A DNA stretch of 64,000 nt from Staphylococcus phage vB_SepM_BE08, in the sequence record MT596505.1; one strand, 5' to 3'. The notes under the pieces are model-generated. The model was not told the DNA's origin and did no database searches. It saw only the letters and a list, made by a program, of their open reading frames with translations. Within the stretch, counting starts at the first letter, position 1. Every line of letters begins with the position of its first letter. The position numbers and the translations under genes are program-made. Positions 58,882-64,000 of the stretch are shown here, piece after piece.

Positions 58882-58910
58882 AAAAAAAGACTAAGTTTTT
58901 AACTTAGTCT
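58882..58910 (-). terminator. Intrinsic terminator after the 58910..60280 gene
   Basis: 10-bp perfect stem agactaagtt/aacttagtct with a 3-nt loop, then a T-run on the minus strand. Confidence 0.7.
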
Positions 58911-60280
58911 TAAATAGATAAACCAACTACTCGTTTAATGTATTGATTTTTATTATTATTTACTGCACTATCTTTAATAGTCCAAGTATCTCCTGAAATA
59001 GTTAATGTTACTCTGTAGTATTCTACACCTATTCTATCAGGGTCTCCCGATACATAAGAGCCTGAGCATACATAAATACCGTCACCATCGACATAAAACT
59101 TGTGGCAAAGTGTTCCTGTTTTATCCGTACCTTTTGTGTTCTGTAATGCTCTGTATCGAGTATATATCTCTACATAGTTATAGTTGTCAATACTATCTGT
59201 CATTTGTTCTTTTTTATTTGTGTCTTTAAAATTATGTGTTCCAGTCCATAGCTCTTTCATTATAGGATACTTTTGAGATTCATTCCAACTACTATTCGTT
59301 ACAGTACCTGTATATAACCTTCCACCATTAGATATAGCATAATATACACCATATCCAAAATCATCTTCTGAAGCACTAGAAATAAATAACCCTCTACAAG
59401 AATCTGACCCCGCAGGGTTTCCTACTACGCCACCTTGACAATAAAATGTTAAAACATGCTGATTAGTTCTTGTTACGTAATCTTGTATAAAGTTACCAAA
59501 AGATTTATTATCTGATACTTTAATACCTATGTTAGTACCTTTAACAGCTAAGTTATCATCTACATCGGACAGTAAAAAAGGTTTTAAATCTTTTACTTCT
59601 ATTTGTGATTTCCAATTTAATGTACCTGAACCGTTACTATTACTAGTATATATCTTATTAGTTTCATTGTCAACATAAATAAATACTTTTCCATAATATT
59701 CTGATGATACAACTGATATTAAACCAGAACCAGCTCTTACAGGTAAATTAGAGCCTCTGAATATAAAATGTGTTCCTGGTGTATTAATATCTAATACATC
59801 CATGTTAGCGTATGTTCTACTTTTGTTTCCTGGGAGTAACACATTATGTTGCCAGTTAGAAGCTGTTGTATTATTAACATATCTATACACCGAACTTAAT
59901 TCTGTATCAGAGAAACTAATAGTATATAACTGCTGTACAATTACAGCTGTACCTGTTGTATATACTGGGTATACAACTAAAAGTGCATCACGAGGTGCTA
60001 CTGTAGGTCTGTCAGGAACTCTTTGTAGTACACTTTGATGGATATAATAATATCCAGGTTCTTTAATATCATGAAGGAAACTAATACTATTAGGTCTTTT
60101 AGCTCCACCTGAATCATTAGTTAATTTAACTTTCTGTGACTTATTAATGTCTGTGGTTAAGTCATCAGTTACTTCAAATATATTGTCTGACTTAGTTAAC
60201 TCAAGCCCAATATTATTAACTTGAGTTGTTAAGTCTTTCAATGTATGTTTATCTGTTATTTGTGTAAATTGTAAGGACAT
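58910..60280 (-). CDS. Putative tail fibre / receptor-binding protein (456 aa)
   Basis: The N-terminal about 35 aa resemble the N-terminus of the 60694..62622 product. Sits at the end of the structural module. Confidence 0.5.
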   Translation of the reverse strand: MSLQFTQITDKHTLKDLTTQVNNIGLELTKSDNIFEVTDDLTTDINKSQKVKLTNDSGGAKRPNSISFLHDIKEPGYYYIHQSVLQRVPDRPTVAPRDALLVVYPVYTTGTAVIVQQLYTISFSDTELSSVYRYVNNTTASNWQHNVLLPGNKSRTYANMDVLDINTPGTHFIFRGSNLPVRAGSGLISVVSSEYYGKVFIYVDNETNKIYTSNSNGSGTLNWKSQIEVKDLKPFLLSDVDDNLAVKGTNIGIKVSDNKSFGNFIQDYVTRTNQHVLTFYCQGGVVGNPAGSDSCRGLFISSASEDDFGYGVYYAISNGGRLYTGTVTNSSWNESQKYPIMKELWTGTHNFKDTNKKEQMTDSIDNYNYVEIYTRYRALQNTKGTDKTGTLCHKFYVDGDGIYVCSGSYVSGDPDRIGVEYYRVTLTISGDTWTIKDSAVNNNKNQYIKRVVGLSI

Positions 60281-60286
60281 TATTAT

Positions 60287-60691
60287 CTACCCTTTCTGTC
60301 CTAATAATTGTTTTAATAACTCTAATGTTTGTTCTTGTGTTTTCTTAATCTCATCTAATTGACTTTTTAACTCTTCATAATCTTTTCTAGGAACATAACC
60401 ATTAGGTACTGAACTATAAGAGTCCCCGTCATCATCATCTTCTACATTTCTTTTTACTGGAACATAATCAGGGTTATACTCTACCTTATCTGTATCTCTA
60501 TAATATGCAAACCTGCCTGAAGAGAATTCATTAAAGAAGTTTTCTGGTAATTGACTTCGTTTTAAAAGAGCATTGTTAATGCTGGAAGGGTCATACCCTC
60601 CTTCTAAAGTATAAGCTAAAACCACATCTCCTTTTAAATGTAAAACTATTTCTTCACTATTAATAATGTAAATTCCCATATGCTTTTTCAC
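60287..60691 (-). CDS. Hypothetical protein (134 aa), possibly a fibre assembly/chaperone protein
   Basis: Small gene between the two fibre-like genes. C-terminal coiled coil. Confidence 0.4.
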   Translation of the reverse strand: MKKHMGIYIINSEEIVLHLKGDVVLAYTLEGGYDPSSINNALLKRSQLPENFFNEFSSGRFAYYRDTDKVEYNPDYVPVKRNVEDDDDGDSYSSVPNGYVPRKDYEELKSQLDEIKKTQEQTLELLKQLLGQKG

Positions 60692-60693
60692 TC

Positions 60694-62622
60694 CTATAAT
60701 TTTTTAATACCTACAATATTGTAAACAATCATATGTCCTTTTGTATTAAAACCTTCTACGGAAGATTGACCGTCTCTTATTTTAATTTTTTTAGACATTG
60801 CTGGTTTAGCCATAGTGTCTGAAACTAAGTCGATTTCTCCTTCATAAAAGTCAATACTTGTTGATGTAGAACTATTAGCTAAATTCATACCTCTAATATA
60901 GAAATTTGATAATCCTGGAACAGTAAGGTCTAGTCTCTCTGTAGTATAAGACCCTGACGCATCAAAGTAAAATGTTATCTCTACATAATCATAATTTTTA
61001 ATTGAATCTTTAAAAGTCATATTAATACTAGAATCTGATAAGTCTGCTTCCCCAGTCCACAGTAAGAAGCTGTTTTCTGTTCCTAGTGGTACATTCCATG
61101 TAGTACCATTAAAAGTTAACTTATAAGTCCTACCTGACAAAGTAGTGAAAGTAGACACTACTTGTTTATTAGTACCTGTAATATCACCTTTACTATAATC
61201 TACTAATACTGTACCTCTTAATGATTCTGTTCCTGGTAAATCTGTAATTCCATTCTGAGCATACACTGTATGAAAACCTTGAGGTAGTGATAATAGTAAA
61301 TCCTTAAATGAAGTATCTCCTACTTCATTTTTCCAAAATCTATACTTAAAGTAGCTATCTTTACCAGTGTCTATGGTTGTATAATTGTTAAGTTCACCTT
61401 TAGGTAAAATTTCATTCCAATTAGTCCATATTTCATCATATTGTTTAACATCTTTAGTATGAGTTATAAATGGTGTTGCTTTATTGCCTTTTTCTATTTT
61501 AGGCATAGCATAATAAACAATCGCACCATTATTATTTCCTGATGTTTTACAATCCATACGTAATAGTAAAGAAACATAATTTGTTTTAACACCTGAAGCA
61601 CCTTGTGTGTATTCTGGAATACTAAAAGTGAATGAGTATCTTTTCCATTCTGTAGACAATTCATCTGCTTTTATTTCTCTTCTACCGCCTGTATAAGGAT
61701 TTAAAGTCATGTCTACTTTATCATAACCTGCTAATTCAAAGAAAGCGTAGTTATTTTTAAGTAAAGAAGTGTCATTCACTCTAGCATACACAGATACTGT
61801 TACTGTATCCCCTACAGAAAACTGTTCTCCTATTTTAAATCTATTAGACATAATTGTAGGGTAAGTATAAAAGGTATCGTCTAGTTGAACCGTATTTTCT
61901 CCTCTAAATTTAACACTTGATTTTTTAGTCCCTGATGAGTAACCCCAAAAAGGAGGTGTTTCCCAATTATCCGTTCTTATATTGCCATACGCTGTTTCTG
62001 GGTGAACAAATAAACTATCTCTTAAGAAGTTAGGATTTTGCTCTTGTTCAGGTAATCTTCTCATTTTTGTAAAAGTTGAAGTAGAGTTTATAGGATTAAA
62101 TTCTATTATAGAAGATTTACCCTCTCTACTTTCTTTATAGTCTACCCAACCTGTGTTTAACTCTTCTTTAGGTGGATTTAAAAGTGTTGCAAATTGTGTT
62201 GTTGATTTATCTAATCTTTTAATATCTAGTGTATTACCTTCATCGTATAAACCATCACCAGCTATTAAAAATTTAGACCACTTAGACAAAGAACCATTAT
62301 TACAAGTTTTTATATATAGTTCACTTGTATTATAAGGAGAAAAATAAATTTTGTAAAAATTTGCATTTCTTATAGATAAAACAACATAACCATTATACTT
62401 TACATCTTCAGGTTGATTAGTTGTTCTAGTAAAGTAATAAGTACCACTTTTACTAACTTTACTTGTAACATTATTAAAATCAACACTATCATAAGTTTCT
62501 ATGTTACCAGTTCCTTCTATATTCTCTTCTAATCCTATTAAATAATGTCCTATATCATTTACTTTAGGATAAAGGTCTTTTAATCTATCTGTTTCTTTCA
62601 AGTCTGTATAAGAAAAAGCCAT
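60694..62622 (-). CDS. Putative tail fibre / receptor-binding protein (642 aa)
   Basis: N-terminal pattern shared with the 58910..60280 product (T-x-x-x-D-x-x-x-LKDL...VN-IG). Large beta-rich protein. Confidence 0.5.
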   Translation of the reverse strand: MAFSYTDLKETDRLKDLYPKVNDIGHYLIGLEENIEGTGNIETYDSVDFNNVTSKVSKSGTYYFTRTTNQPEDVKYNGYVVLSIRNANFYKIYFSPYNTSELYIKTCNNGSLSKWSKFLIAGDGLYDEGNTLDIKRLDKSTTQFATLLNPPKEELNTGWVDYKESREGKSSIIEFNPINSTSTFTKMRRLPEQEQNPNFLRDSLFVHPETAYGNIRTDNWETPPFWGYSSGTKKSSVKFRGENTVQLDDTFYTYPTIMSNRFKIGEQFSVGDTVTVSVYARVNDTSLLKNNYAFFELAGYDKVDMTLNPYTGGRREIKADELSTEWKRYSFTFSIPEYTQGASGVKTNYVSLLLRMDCKTSGNNNGAIVYYAMPKIEKGNKATPFITHTKDVKQYDEIWTNWNEILPKGELNNYTTIDTGKDSYFKYRFWKNEVGDTSFKDLLLSLPQGFHTVYAQNGITDLPGTESLRGTVLVDYSKGDITGTNKQVVSTFTTLSGRTYKLTFNGTTWNVPLGTENSFLLWTGEADLSDSSINMTFKDSIKNYDYVEITFYFDASGSYTTERLDLTVPGLSNFYIRGMNLANSSTSTSIDFYEGEIDLVSDTMAKPAMSKKIKIRDGQSSVEGFNTKGHMIVYNIVGIKKL

Positions 62623-62627
62623 TTAAT

Positions 62628-62771
62628 TTAATTTCCTTTCTCTTGTAGTTTAGTTAATAAAATATCTGCTTTTTTTAATTTCTCTTCTAATTCTTTTTCT
62701 AAAGATTTAATTCTAATCTCTTCATGTGTAGGTACAAATATTTTAGCCTGTGAATAAGGGTCTCTGTATTC
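62628..62771 (-). CDS. Small hypothetical ORF (about 48 aa, GTG start), coiled-coil
   Basis: Open frame in the 220-bp gap between the structural genes. Not in the ORF track. Confidence 0.25.
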   Translation of the reverse strand, partial: EYRDPYSQAKIFVPTHEEIRIKSLEKELEEKLKKADILLTKLQEKGN

Positions 62772-62841
62772 TTTAGGCACTATAACCACTTCCCTTTTTT
62801 TATATGTATATAAAGGAAGGTTTTACCCCTCCTTTTATAAA

Positions 62842-64000
62842 TTACTCATTTCTAGTTGTAACCATTAATCGTCTAACTCTAGGTCTTAAGAAGCTATTCT
62901 CTGTTGATAAATCTAATCTTACTTGTAACTGTGTATTAGTACCTGTGTCTTTTACTTTCTCATCTATTGTATATCTATAGAATTCGTTATTACTTTGTTT
63001 GACTTGAGGTCGGCTACTGAAAGTTTTCCATGTTTTACCGTTATCACTAGAGTATTTAGGTACTACTTTTGTTCCTTTAGGTAAGAACGCTTCATAACTA
63101 AATCTCATAGTATTATAAGGTGCTTCTGACATATCAATAGCTCTACCAATATATGAACCTGATAATTGTGTTAAGAAAGTAGTGAATGTTAAGTCACTTA
63201 CTGTCATAAATGGTGAGATATATTTATTTGAATCAAATGTAGCTTTAAGTTTTACTTCTCTAGCTACTGCTGATAAATCTATATCTTGATAGTTTCCTAT
63301 AGGTTGCCATTGTAAGCTATCAAATGTTACATCATTACTCATATTATCGAAAATGATTTTACATTCCCAACTACAACCTGTATTGTCTGGAGTTAAGTAA
63401 GTTGACATTAGTACAATACGGTCACCTTTAACCTTTTTAATAGGGTCAAATTCAATTGTTGCTGTTTTATTAAACTTAGCTGTGTAAACATTGAATTTAA
63501 GGTCTGAGTTTTGATGTGGAGTCCACGTACTAGCATTTGATGAACTAAATAGAACGCCTTGTACATAAGGGTTACCAGAAATTACTTCATTAGGTTTATC
63601 TATTTTAGGTTTTGTTCTAGTACCTACCCACATTGTATAGTCACTATTTTCAGTAATGATAACAATTGCATACTCTTTACCTGCTTCAGCCATCATAGGG
63701 TCTTCAAAGTATACTCTAGTTTCAGCACTTGCATTATTTGATACTCTAATATCATCAGCGTTAAGTACTGTTTCAGCATAAACTGTTTTATTAGGGAAAC
63801 CTTGGTCTCCCATTCCTCTGATTTGAACAACTACATTTGAATTTCTATCACCTTTACTTGCAAAGTGTAATCCTACAGATGTAATTGTTCTATTCTCATC
63901 GTATTGGAATGATTGTGCTAAAGGGTCTACTAAGTTAACAGTTACTCGTGTTTTAAATATAATCTCAGTTGTTGTTTTCTTACGACCATGTGCTGAATAA
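62842..64000 (-). CDS. Structural (tail/baseplate) protein, 5'-partial. The frame stays open upstream of the track Met to the window edge
   Basis: No in-frame stop between 63813 and 63999 (..YSAHGRKKTTTEIIFKTRV..). Beta-rich composition. Confidence 0.6.
   Translation of the reverse strand, partial: YSAHGRKKTTTEIIFKTRVTVNLVDPLAQSFQYDENRTITSVGLHFASKGDRNSNVVVQIRGMGDQGFPNKTVYAETVLNADDIRVSNNASAETRVYFEDPMMAEAGKEYAIVIITENSDYTMWVGTRTKPKIDKPNEVISGNPYVQGVLFSSSNASTWTPHQNSDLKFNVYTAKFNKTATIEFDPIKKVKGDRIVLMSTYLTPDNTGCSWECKIIFDNMSNDVTFDSLQWQPIGNYQDIDLSAVAREVKLKATFDSNKYISPFMTVSDLTFTTFLTQLSGSYIGRAIDMSEAPYNTMRFSYEAFLPKGTKVVPKYSSDNGKTWKTFSSRPQVKQSNNEFYRYTIDEKVKDTGTNTQLQVRLDLSTENSFLRPRVRRLMVTTRNE

Noticed and set aside
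4648-62335. All plus-strand ORFs in the six-frame track (e.g. 4648..4839, 5288..5476, 8660..8860, 16655..16957, 25646..26014, 31491..31871, 32348..32626, 37282..37542, 43907..44137, 54401..54811, 59005..59229)
   Set aside because: Each lies entirely inside, and antisense to, a longer minus-strand gene with recognisable motifs or an RBS. Their products are low-complexity (Leu/Ser/Phe/Ile-rich) translations of AT-rich antisense sequence, and none has an RBS.
1-64000. Prophage or temperate features (integrase, repressor/cro switch, attachment sites)
   Set aside because: No tyrosine or serine recombinase motifs and no divergent repressor pair were seen. The gene content (own sigma factor, RNR, polA, SbcCD, long co-directional arrays) fits a virulent myovirus.

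Overview
AT-rich (~30% GC) window in which essentially every gene lies on the minus strand. The content and gene order match the right arm of a large virulent myovirus of Firmicutes (Herelleviridae / Twort-like, possibly a Staphylococcus kayvirus-type genome, read in reverse orientation). Reading right to left along the direction of transcription:
- a partial tail/baseplate gene, two fibre-like genes with a small gene between them;
- an SF2 helicase interrupted by an intein, a Rep-like wHTH protein, and a DnaB-like helicase;
- SbcD- and SbcC-like nucleases, a primase, and an Hjc-like resolvase;
- NrdI, NrdE and NrdF;
- a TnpB (IS200/IS605 OrfB) element inserted between nrdF and a thioredoxin-like gene;
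- an HU/IHF-like protein, then a family A DNA polymerase split by a roughly 1.1 kb intron that carries an HNH endonuclease;
- a Gln-rich protein, a RecA-like recombinase and a sigma factor;
- about 60 small, mostly uncharacterisable genes (coordinates 1150-29000), which include a kinase-phosphatase-ligase (Pnkp-like) fusion, an SPFH protein, metallophosphoesterases and a PD-(D/E)xK nuclease.

The window begins with the 3' end of a convergent plus-strand gene, a strong terminator, and a roughly 600 bp non-coding tract full of simple repeats. Near-consensus host sigma-A type promoters (TTGACA-17-TATAAT) and intrinsic terminators punctuate the array. No tRNA genes, CRISPR arrays or integrase were seen. 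All functional calls rest on motifs read by eye, not on database searches.
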